DNA of 64,000 bases. Source: Candidatus Saccharimonadales bacterium. GTDB lineage: Bacteria; Patescibacteriota; Saccharimonadia; Saccharimonadales; JANWIN01. Each line of letters opens with the position of its first letter. Position 1 is the first letter of the stretch. The DNA is taken from the NCBI GenBank assembly GCA_038231155.1, contig JBBRLY010000016.1, positions 21,506-85,505 on the forward strand, given 5' to 3'. Below the pieces are notes generated by a model, which saw only the letters and a program-made list of their open reading frames with translations, was not told the origin of the DNA and searched no databases. This document shows, one piece after another, positions 49,754-57,232 of this stretch. Made by a program: the position numbers and the translations under genes.

Positions 49754-49828
49754 ATGCTGTGAGTGCGTTGTAGCATTCAAAGCCACTGATGTTAAAGTTG
49801 TATTTCTACGTTTTGCCCATTTTGATTA

Positions 49829-50236
49829 CTATATTCCCAGTAATTGTTTTTTCTTGGCGTCAAAATCAGCTTGGGTAATGATACCCTTTTCTTTCAAGTC
49901 TGCAAGCTTTTCAAGCTCATCCGTAGGAGATGGGGCTGTACTTGTTTGAGGCTTATCGCTCTCCATTGCGCTAATAATAGCTTGCCGCAAGGCTTTTTTG
50001 TCCTTAACAGCGGTTGTGTACTTTTTGCCACCTGTTGTTTCTATAATGACTGTCCTTTGGCCCATAGTGCCAAGCTGTACACTCGCTATCTGATTGAGTG
50101 GGATACTCTCGTTCTCGCCCAAACGCTTCAATTCAATTCTATTTTTGTATACTCTAGCTCGTGAACCCATAACGCTTGCCTCATATAGTGGCTGCTCTTC
50201 ATTGGTTTGGTCGCTATTCCTGTTAAATAAACTCAT
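49829..50236 (-). CDS. bPH-like plus SHOCT domain protein
   Basis: C-terminal DELEKLADLKEKGIITQADFDAKKKQLL (SHOCT); AAAGGA SD. Confidence 0.85.
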   Translation of the reverse strand: MSLFNRNSDQTNEEQPLYEASVMGSRARVYKNRIELKRLGENESIPLNQIASVQLGTMGQRTVIIETTGGKKYTTAVKDKKALRQAIISAMESDKPQTSTAPSPTDELEKLADLKEKGIITQADFDAKKKQLLGI

Positions 50237-50274
50237 CGTTCTTTCCTTTCATTTAGTAGTATTAGCGTGTCCAA

Positions 50275-50407
50275 ATAAAAAAGGACAACCAATCTAGGTT
50301 GTCTACACCAAACAACAAGGTTGAACCTGCTGCCTTTCGACTGGTTGCCCTTTTTATCGGTTCAACCAAAAAAGCATTAAGCTTTTGCTCGTTGTTTAGT
50401 GTAGACA
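50275..50407 (-). promoter_or_regulatory. Structured 5' leader with a terminator/antiterminator switch
   Basis: Interleaved inverted repeats 50300-50316/50391-50407, 50319-50327/50359-50367 and 50275-50294/50339-50357; terminator GACAACC-TAGATT-GGTTGTC-CTTTTTT. Confidence 0.65.
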
Positions 50408-50657
50408 TACTAATAATAGCGTATCTGCACATAGAAACGTACTAATTGTAAGGGGTGATTGTAGTAGAGTTTGGCTAGGTTCTTTTATTGTACAAGTTCA
50501 TTGGCAAGCTGTACCACGTTCGTTGTACAACCCCAAGACAGGGTATAACCTGCATCACCGTGTCCATAGTTATGAATGATGTGTTTACTGCCAATGGCAT
50601 TGATTTAGGTGCTTGGCTTTAAATTGCGGCTACTACTGAGCCTACGACCTTGTGGAG

Positions 50658-50870
50658 TTATCTTTTTGTGTATTCAGTAAAGTAGTAATAGCCAGCGGTA
50701 ATAATACTTAAAAAGATAAACACGAAAGTCCAATCAAATCTAACGTTGTTATTATTTGTTAAACTAATATAGCAAGTTGGCAAGTTCTCGTTATTAGACA
50801 TATCCCAAAACATCCATAGCCAAAATATAACTAACAAGACTGGTATTAACAAAAAAATTAATGTCATCAA
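50658..50870 (-). CDS. Small 2-TM protein (PLDc_N-like), cargo of the element
   Basis: FWLWMFWD...WTFVFIFLSIITAGYYYF. Confidence 0.6.
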   Translation of the reverse strand: MMTLIFLLIPVLLVIFWLWMFWDMSNNENLPTCYISLTNNNNVRFDWTFVFIFLSIITAGYYYFTEYTKR

Positions 50871-50935
50871 CGTAATTATAGTCTATTTAACGACCACTAA
50901 GTGCAAGACAAACAAATTGTTATCCGCTTGGATAG

Positions 50936-50966
50936 CAGTTGCGATAGAGTTGACGATGAACCTCCA
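50936..50966 (+). repeat. att-like site copy 1
   Basis: CAGTTGCGATAGAGTTGACGATGAACCTCCA. Confidence 0.85.
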
Positions 50967-51022
50967 AATATCGTATATCGGCTCTAAAGCTTCTTCCAAC
51001 TCCTTGGGGGGAGGCTTTTTTG

Positions 51023-51673
51023 TTAGGCAAGTCCGAGCAGCTTAAGTGCCGTATGCGGATCAAGTCCGACTTGACCAGCCACTTTTATAGCAAGACTAAC
51101 CACTTCCAACGTTCCTTTTATGGTAGGAAGGCTTTTCTTTAGTGCTTTCGCAAACTTGTTCTCTTTACTGGCCTCATCAGGGTATTGATGTTCCAGATTG
51201 GTTAGCTTCTCAGTAAGGGTTACTATGGTTTGATTAACTTCAACTTGAACGCTTGTAGTCTGAGCAACTTGTTGGTCTGCATTCAAATGGTTGTTAATGG
51301 TTGTGGGAGACAGACCTGCCGCTTGCTTGCTGAATTTAGGTTGCTGAGGATACGCACACCAATAACCCACGACCTTATCAACCTTAAACATATAGTTTGC
51401 AACCCCACTGAGTGCTCTTACATAGGCCTCGCCAGTTACGAAAGAGCCTGTACGCTCTGTACTGCGAATTGTAAGCTTGAAGTCATTGAGCTTGCTGTCG
51501 TGAGTAAGGCCAAATAGTTCGTCAATATATGCATTTAGTCTCTCGCCCTCACCGTTGCGAAGTGATAATGATGTGATGTCAGGAGTTAGAGCCTCAATAA
51601 GCGAACAGAGTAGCTCGTATAGCTTTATCAGTGGCTCATTGCGTGGAATTGTGGGCTCGTCATCGTCAAACAT
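51023..51673 (-). CDS. Hypothetical protein (cassette 1)
   Basis: 216-aa ORF filling the cassette; TATAAT 7 nt before the ATG. Confidence 0.75.
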   Translation of the reverse strand: MFDDDEPTIPRNEPLIKLYELLCSLIEALTPDITSLSLRNGEGERLNAYIDELFGLTHDSKLNDFKLTIRSTERTGSFVTGEAYVRALSGVANYMFKVDKVVGYWCAYPQQPKFSKQAAGLSPTTINNHLNADQQVAQTTSVQVEVNQTIVTLTEKLTNLEHQYPDEASKENKFAKALKKSLPTIKGTLEVVSLAIKVAGQVGLDPHTALKLLGLA

Positions 51674-51722
51674 ATCTATGATTATATACCTGCAATTATC
51701 AAATGCCTCGTCTCCGTTAAAC

Positions 51723-51753
51723 TAGTTGCGATAGACAAGACGATGGACCTCCA
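51723..51753 (+). repeat. att-like site copy 2
   Basis: TAGTTGCGATAGACAAGACGATGGACCTCCA (identical to copy 5). Confidence 0.9.
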
Positions 51754-51759
51754 TACTGC

Positions 51760-51987
51760 TTATGCTTTAATACTTCTTTTTGGAGTCTTTATATTTTGTT
51801 TAGAATAAACTGAAAAATAATAAACAATACCTCCTACGAAAGGTCCACCTAATAACAGCACTAAAATCCAACCAATTTTGTACGGTATTTTACTTTTAAT
51901 GACGTGTATAAGCATGATTGCCCATAAAATAATAAGCCCTAACACTATTAGTGGCACAACATAGAGGAATATGAATTTCATATTCAA
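51760..51987 (-). CDS. PLDc_N-like small membrane protein (cassette 2)
   Basis: LWAIMLIHV...KIGWILVLLLGGPFVGGIVYYF. Confidence 0.7.
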   Translation of the reverse strand: MNMKFIFLYVVPLIVLGLIILWAIMLIHVIKSKIPYKIGWILVLLLGGPFVGGIVYYFSVYSKQNIKTPKRSIKA

Positions 51988-52006
51988 ATATTAGCATATT
52001 GATTTT

Positions 52007-52037
52007 CAGTTGCGTTAGTATGTACAGTGGCCCTCTA
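52007..52037 (+). repeat. att-like site copy 3
   Basis: CAGTTGCGTTAGTATGTACAGTGGCCCTCTA. Confidence 0.8.
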
Positions 52038-52083
52038 AGCACATTGTACAATAAACTTGACAGTATAATCTAATGTATATACA

Positions 52084-52368
52084 ATGGATTATATGAAAAC
52101 GGCAGTGGTTAATTTTAAGACTGATGAAGCTACTAAGCTTAAGGCTCAGAAAGTAGCTAATCAAATTGGTATACCCCTAAGTAACCTCCTGAACGCATAC
52201 CTGTACGAACTCGCAAGCACAGGCAGTGTCCATTTCACTGCATCTGAACCTATGACTGAAAAGATGGAAATAATGATAGCCGAAGCCGAAAAGGAAATAG
52301 CAGCAGGCGATGTAAGTGGCCCATTTGAGTCTCTAGAGGATATGTTTAAGCACCTAGATAGTCTTTAA
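52084..52368 (+). CDS. RelB/DinJ family antitoxin (cassette 3)
   Basis: VNFKTDEATKLKAQKVANQIGIPLSNLLNAYL RHH; C-terminal FESLEDMFKHL. Confidence 0.88.
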   Translation: MDYMKTAVVNFKTDEATKLKAQKVANQIGIPLSNLLNAYLYELASTGSVHFTASEPMTEKMEIMIAEAEKEIAAGDVSGPFESLEDMFKHLDSL

Positions 52369-52369
52369 A

Positions 52370-52627
52370 ATGGTTATCGAGACTACGAAAGCTTTTGATA
52401 AACAGTATGCCAAGTTAAATAGCAAGACCAAGACTTCTTTTAAAAAACGCGTAGAACAATTTAAAGCAAACCCATTTGACATAAGTTTAAGAAATCATAC
52501 GCTTAAAGGAAAGTATTTGGGCTTTAGGAGCATCGATATTACAGGTGACGTGCGAGCACTATATACAACTCAAGGTGATACGATCATTTTATTTGGATTT
52601 ATAGGGACACACAGCCAGTTATATTAG
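52370..52627 (+). CDS. RelE/YafQ family mRNA interferase toxin (cassette 3)
   Basis: TKAFDKQY, HTLKG, RSIDITGDVR, IGTHSQLY. Confidence 0.9.
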   Translation: MVIETTKAFDKQYAKLNSKTKTSFKKRVEQFKANPFDISLRNHTLKGKYLGFRSIDITGDVRALYTTQGDTIILFGFIGTHSQLY

Positions 52628-52645
52628 GCCTATTAGTCTTAATTT

Positions 52646-52676
52646 TATTTGCGATAGCACGCACGGTGGCCCTCCA
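52646..52676 (+). repeat. att-like site copy 4
   Basis: TATTTGCGATAGCACGCACGGTGGCCCTCCA. Confidence 0.85.
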
Positions 52677-52793
52677 AAGATACATTAACAGATACCGGAT
52701 AGTTCCAATAACAGTACACCTGTTTTAGTAACACTAATTTGTATCTGTTATTTAATTCCACTCTCTATTGGTCTTATTTGGTATCATTTAGTT

Positions 52794-53189
52794 ATGACTA
52801 GTTACATTAAAGACCCCCGAATAGACGAATACATATGTGGCCTACCTGAATGGCAAGTAGCTATTTGTAATCAAGTTCGAGAGCTAATTCACTCAGCTGA
52901 CGCAGACATAGTAGAAACCATTAAATTCACAAATAGACCCTACTTTATTCTGAACGGTAACATCTGCGCTCTGTTAGCTGCTAAAACCCATATTAACGTG
53001 TTTATTTACGACCCGATTGCTCCTGACCCAGAACATATCATTAATCAGGGTCACGGCAATCAGACGGCTCGGTCAATTCAAATTGATGAAAATGATGAAA
53101 TTAATTCAGTTGCATTGAAAAACCTTATCAAGGAAGTTGCAAATAATAATAAAGCAGGTGGTTGGCGTAAAATAAAGGAGAAATTATGA
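52794..53189 (+). CDS. DUF1801/YdhG-like protein (cassette 4)
   Basis: DPRIDEYI...VRELIHSAD..IVETIK..RPYF. Confidence 0.8.
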   Translation: MTSYIKDPRIDEYICGLPEWQVAICNQVRELIHSADADIVETIKFTNRPYFILNGNICALLAAKTHINVFIYDPIAPDPEHIINQGHGNQTARSIQIDENDEINSVALKNLIKEVANNNKAGGWRKIKEKL

Positions 53190-53578
53190 CTATAAATTTA
53201 GCTGCAATCGCAGTCTGCACTTTGGGAGCATTCGTATTAAGTAGTGTGTGGTATATGGCTTTAGGTAAACAGCGGGCCCGACTACTTGGCCTTGACATTA
53301 AGGTTGAGCAGCGTCCAAAACCAAAAAATATTATCCTTGAGCTACTAAGAACATTTGTATTGGCCTTAGTTTTCGCGATTGTACTATCCGAAATGAAAGA
53401 CTCCAGCCTGCACGCATCACTGTTACTCGGTATTAGGTTGTGGCTGGCATTCCCATTCATACTACTGAGCGGTTCAGTTATGTGGGACAAGGTACCAGCT
53501 AAACTCGCTGCGATTCATGCCGGAGATTGGTTTATCAAACTAGCATTAATAGCATTGATTGTAGGTGCTTGGCGTTGA
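53186..53578 (+). CDS. DUF1761-like membrane protein (cassette 4)
   Basis: INLAAIAV...LSSVWY...IHAGDW. Confidence 0.75.
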   Translation: MTINLAAIAVCTLGAFVLSSVWYMALGKQRARLLGLDIKVEQRPKPKNIILELLRTFVLALVFAIVLSEMKDSSLHASLLLGIRLWLAFPFILLSGSVMWDKVPAKLAAIHAGDWFIKLALIALIVGAWR

Positions 53579-53582
53579 ATGG

Positions 53583-53613
53583 TAGTTGCGATAGACAAGA
53601 CGATGGACCTCCA
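53583..53613 (+). repeat. att-like site copy 5
   Basis: TAGTTGCGATAGACAAGACGATGGACCTCCA. Confidence 0.9.
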
Positions 53614-53660
53614 TTACGGTTATGCTTGCATAATTTACGAAAAGATGTAATCTCTGAATC

Positions 53661-53999
53661 ATGAGATTAGTTATAGCTAGAGGACATGTTCTTGAAGAAG
53701 GTGAAGGTTGGTTACGTGTTGGCCCTGTTCCTGGTAAATATACACCAATACCTGTAGAGGATTTTGTAGGTGAATTTCAAAGAGTACCTTTAACTGTCGA
53801 TTCAGCAAACGAAGATTGGGAAGAACGTTTTCCAGATTATTATGACAATAGTGAAGTTCCTTTGCGTTTTAAAGGTTCCTCCATTGTAGATGGTTTACAC
53901 GTTGCGGTTGAAGGTATTCATTTTCGCTCAGGCAGACTAAGAGGTATCCTCAATCTTTCTGCAGTTGAAGTTGTTCAAGATCAATCCGACCAAGCTTAG
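53661..53999 (+). CDS. Hypothetical protein (cassette 5)
   Basis: 112-aa ORF filling the cassette; its TAG stop forms the first 3 nt of site copy 6. Confidence 0.7.
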   Translation: MRLVIARGHVLEEGEGWLRVGPVPGKYTPIPVEDFVGEFQRVPLTVDSANEDWEERFPDYYDNSEVPLRFKGSSIVDGLHVAVEGIHFRSGRLRGILNLSAVEVVQDQSDQA

Positions 54000-54027
54000 T
54001 TGCCATAGCACCGACTGTGGCCCTCCA
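53997..54027 (+). repeat. att-like site copy 6
   Basis: TAGTTGCCATAGCACCGACTGTGGCCCTCCA. Confidence 0.85.
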
Positions 54028-54075
54028 AGCATAAGCGTTATACTTCATGCTTATTTTTTTTGTTATGATAATAGA

Positions 54076-54486
54076 GTGGGTTATATATTTGTCTTAGGTT
54101 ATGTTGTTCTGGTAGGTATTGCAACTTTCTTAATGAAAATTGGACTTAAATCATTAAGTCCTTATCAGTTAAACTTTTTAATTGGAATAGGTATGTTAGT
54201 CACTGGCATACCAGCTTTACTTATTGCTCATAAGACTTTCAGGATGCCTACTAAGGAATTACCTCTCGGATTGCTTATCGGAATCATGATGGCTGCTGGT
54301 TCGCTTTTATATGTTTTGGCATTTAACAAACTCTCAGCCAGTGTTGCTTCCGTCCTTGCCACACTCTATGTAGCAGTAATTGTTATTTTGTCCTGGATAT
54401 TTCTTAAAGAAGGTTTTGATGCGGTAAAGATACTTGGACTTATATTTGCTTTTGCTGGCGCCGTGCTGCTAACTCTTAGGGCTTAA
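54076..54486 (+). CDS. EamA/DMT family transporter (cassette 6); start set to GTG 54076
   Basis: Five TM helices, LSWIFLKE...KILG; the longer ORF-track start would run through site copy 6. Confidence 0.8.
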   Translation: MGYIFVLGYVVLVGIATFLMKIGLKSLSPYQLNFLIGIGMLVTGIPALLIAHKTFRMPTKELPLGLLIGIMMAAGSLLYVLAFNKLSASVASVLATLYVAVIVILSWIFLKEGFDAVKILGLIFAFAGAVLLTLRA

Positions 54487-54489
54487 TTG

Positions 54490-54519
54490 TAGTTGCAATA
54501 ACTCTGACTGGGTCCTACA
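54490..54519 (+). repeat. att-like site copy 7 (degenerate, distal end of the array)
   Basis: TAGTTGCAATAACTCTGACTG-GGTCCTACA, 3 nt after the EamA stop. Confidence 0.6.
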
Positions 54520-54626
54520 ACTTGATTATTCTCAATTTTGTGGTAGAGTTTGCATATGTCTAGTGAATTTGGATTTAAAGTCGAACAATCTTTGACTTAA
54601 TATATATAGTATGTTAAAGTATATGT

Positions 54627-54914
54627 ATGAGAAAAGTTATTGCCGCTGGAATTTTAGTTGCAGCATCTGCAGGTGTAGGTGGTGGAGCATATATATTTGA
54701 TAAAGGTTTAGAAGCAAATCATAAATCTGATCATCTTGCTTCAACTATTGACACATATCCCTTAAATGAACAGATTGATGTATCCAGTAAAGCTGAGAAG
54801 AATGCAGAGCACGGTCTAGAAGACATACTTACCGGTACTATCATTGTAGGTGTTGGGGCCGGAACTTTATTCCTTGCGGGTGTTGAATTAAAGAATTCGA
54901 CTACACAAAGCTAA
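54627..54914 (+). CDS. Hypothetical 2-TM protein
   Basis: 95 aa, leaderless -10 box. Confidence 0.6.
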   Translation: MRKVIAAGILVAASAGVGGGAYIFDKGLEANHKSDHLASTIDTYPLNEQIDVSSKAEKNAEHGLEDILTGTIIVGVGAGTLFLAGVELKNSTTQS

Positions 54915-54971
54915 AAAAATTAAGACTTTATATATAACAAACTAAGTCTGACAATCAACGGCTTTCAAACT

Positions 54972-55223
54972 ATGACTAACATCCGGTTTATGGACCGCTC
55001 CTTAGAGGTACGTTTGAAGATCGATAACCCCGATAGTCTTATGGAACACTTTAATGATATTACCCGCCCAGCTCGAGGTAAACCAGATCCCAGTAGTCGA
55101 GTTCCATCTACTGGTGAAGTTCAATCCGGTGCAGTGCTTTATAAAGATAGGCACATAGTTGTGACTTTTCTAGGTATGACTGCACAAGATCAAGCAAAAA
55201 TTCGTATTTTGAATTTTAGTTAA
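54972..55223 (+). CDS. Hypothetical protein
   Basis: 83-aa ORF only. Confidence 0.45.
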   Translation: MTNIRFMDRSLEVRLKIDNPDSLMEHFNDITRPARGKPDPSSRVPSTGEVQSGAVLYKDRHIVVTFLGMTAQDQAKIRILNFS

Positions 55224-55319
55224 ATTATTGACTATATAAAAACTGTAGATTTCTTAAGTTAGAAGATTCTACCTTCAGAAAAGTTTTTAATCTATCTGTA
55301 GATCGCTTATTTTAACTAG

Positions 55320-56012
55320 CTACTCTTGCATCGGTGTCGATATCTGATGACTGAGTGCATCTCTTAGAACGGCAAAACCAATTCGACGAGCAGTTTCATT
55401 AAGTGCTATAAATTTTTCAGCCTCCAGTTTTGGCATTGTAACAATCCGGCGCATAGCTTCTCCATAGGCTTTTGCTCCTATAATTTCTATATCTTTTTTA
55501 TTCGTGTAACTATAGTATCTTCTTTCACCGGATTTTGTAGTGTTAAATCCGATGTGTAATTTACCTTCAGGATCTATTCGTAAATTTTTCGGCAATGGAT
55601 AATACCAAATTTCAGCTTGAACTTGACCAATTGTTCCCCGACCGCTGCTTTTAGCGTCTCCTGTAAAAACAAATCCTCGGTAGTTTGGGATTTGAGCTTT
55701 AGAAATATCTGATTGAAGTTTATGAGTTTGTGCTCTACTCTTGAACTTCCAACCCCTTTGATTTGCATCAAGTAATCGATCATACGGATTATTCATCACC
55801 GTCAGTTTAATATTGGCAATTGTACCGTTAAATTTTGGTGGTCTTATTAATTCTTTAAGTGGTAAACGACTCTGCCAAAGTATATGGTTGTAGAAAGGGT
55901 CGACTTCAGGAGCGACTAGGCCTTCAAATGCAGCTAATTCAGTTATATCCGAAAGTTCGAAGATATTTCCAGGCTGCAACAAATCTACTTGCGGCACAGG
56001 AACTTCAGTCAT
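55320..56012 (-). CDS. Hypothetical protein
   Basis: 230-aa ORF. Confidence 0.65.
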   Translation of the reverse strand: MTEVPVPQVDLLQPGNIFELSDITELAAFEGLVAPEVDPFYNHILWQSRLPLKELIRPPKFNGTIANIKLTVMNNPYDRLLDANQRGWKFKSRAQTHKLQSDISKAQIPNYRGFVFTGDAKSSGRGTIGQVQAEIWYYPLPKNLRIDPEGKLHIGFNTTKSGERRYYSYTNKKDIEIIGAKAYGEAMRRIVTMPKLEAEKFIALNETARRIGFAVLRDALSHQISTPMQE

Positions 56013-56292
56013 ATATGTACTATGTCATATGTGTAACATTATTCAAATATTTGGCTGGAATTGTTATTAGGCAAATAGATTCCAGTTATGCTTGCCTTGA
56101 ATTTAAATAATGTCAGATTTATAGGTGAGTAAAATAAATTGCTACGAATGTAATACTGTTTGCTGCGCGGACTAGAAATAATGTTTGGCGTTCCTCCTAC
56201 ACCTGATTTTCTATAATCATGCGGTTAAATTGTATAAAGTTGCAAACTTTTAAGCTGTACTTTAAGATATGCTATATCCTAATGGAGACTTT

Positions 56293-56598
56293 ATGGATGC
56301 TGAACTAGGAGTTAAAGCGGCCATTCAACCTTAGTTTGAAGAATTAACTTCAGCTGGTAGAACTGACCATGAACAAGTCCGAACAGAACAAATCGATGAA
56401 TACTCTTTAAGAGTTAGAGAGGTATTAATAGACGGGCTAAACGCTGTAACTTTGGATTCTGAACAATTAGATTCAGTTGCAAGACAAATAGGCACTACCA
56501 TTAGAGATGCTTTAGAACATGGCTTACAAATAGGTTTAGAGTCTGGAAGTAAAAACTTCCATATACCAGTAGATGAAGTTTCCATGTTAGCTGGCTGA
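56293..56598 (+). pseudogene. Hypothetical ORF with an in-frame TAG at codon 14
   Basis: GGAG SD, then ATG...QP*FEELTSAG...SMLAG*; TAG at 56332-56334. Confidence 0.5.
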
Positions 56599-56640
56599 GA
56601 TTAAAAAGCTGAATTTTTAATTTTGCTAAATCATTAAATT

Positions 56641-56796
56641 CTAGTCTTTTAGATTATCGCCTAAATGATTTATTTTATTTTTAACTACTCCCTTTGTTTC
56701 TTGTACTTTACCTTTTACTTCAAGTCTCTTATTATTTGTCACTTTACCAACAACTTGTTTAGATTTACCGCTGATTCGATCTGATGTACTACTCAT
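56641..56796 (-). CDS. CsbD-like small protein (not in ORF track)
   Basis: MSSTSDRISGKSKQVVGKVTNNKRLEVKGKVQETKG...; AGGAG SD. Confidence 0.8.
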   Translation of the reverse strand: MSSTSDRISGKSKQVVGKVTNNKRLEVKGKVQETKGVVKNKINHLGDNLKD

Positions 56797-56996
56797 ATCA
56801 ACTCCTACTCTCTTTAATATACTCTAAAGAGTATGTATTAAATTATTTAAACTAACTGTGGGAAAGCTCACATACTGGATTAATAATTAAGTCTATAATA
56901 GGTGTTACAAGCTAACATTTTTCACACAATAATATAATTGCGTTATTAAATTGCTAGCTATTGTTATATTTTAAATAATCAAAAGAAAGGATTCAT

Positions 56997-57146
56997 ATGT
57001 TAATGGCAATCGCATTAGTACTGGTTGTACTTTGGGCATTTGGCTTTTTTGCAATTCATATTGGCGGCAACTTGATACACATACTACTTGTAATAGCTTT
57101 AGTTGTATTTATATACAATATGCTTATGGGCAAACGAATCGTTTAG
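56997..57146 (+). CDS. lmo0937/DUF5670-like small membrane protein (not in ORF track)
   Basis: MLMAIALVLVVLWAFGFFAIHIGGNLIHILLVIALVV...; AAAGGA SD. Confidence 0.8.
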   Translation: MLMAIALVLVVLWAFGFFAIHIGGNLIHILLVIALVVFIYNMLMGKRIV

Positions 57147-57232
57147 TCTGACGTTTTTAGTAATTCCGATTGTTGTCTGGGGTTTAGCCAGTTTAAAAAA
57201 TAATTGAAATAATCAATATCATCACTCAGGAT

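Larger units (their letters stand above)
45950..50966. mobile_element. ~5 kb integrative element (phage-satellite-like) at the tRNA-Lys 3' end
   Basis: Bounded by GATGGCCCTCCA (45950-45961) and GATGAACCTCCA (50955-50966); carries the recombinase, a replication initiator, a DUF5659-like gene, a TerS-like gene and a SHOCT gene. Confidence 0.85.
50936..54519. mobile_element. Array of six att-delimited gene cassettes
   Basis: Seven copies of a 31-bp site, all at gene boundaries; start-to-start spacing 787, 284, 639, 937, 414 and 493 bp. Confidence 0.8.

Noticed and set aside
50328-50357. c-di-GMP-I riboswitch (GGGCAACC...GAAAG)
   Set aside because: Only a superficial match; the GACGCAAA/P3 elements are missing and the segment is better explained as an antiterminator.
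50618-50655. Possible extra att copy before the element's cargo gene (AAATTGCGGCTAC...)
   Set aside because: Only TTGCG matches; there is no AC register and no TGGCCCTCCA half.
45950-50966. Intact prophage
   Set aside because: No capsid, portal, large terminase, tail or lysis genes.
50936-54519. 31-bp repeats as a CRISPR array
   Set aside because: The spacers are 250-900 bp and contain whole genes, the repeats are degenerate and non-palindromic, and no cas genes are present.
50936-54519. Classical integron attC sites or pdif (XerC/D) modules
   Set aside because: There is no RYYYAAC...GTTRRRY hairpin, no IntI or other tyrosine recombinase, and no resemblance to the dif consensus; the right half instead matches the tRNA-Lys 3' end.
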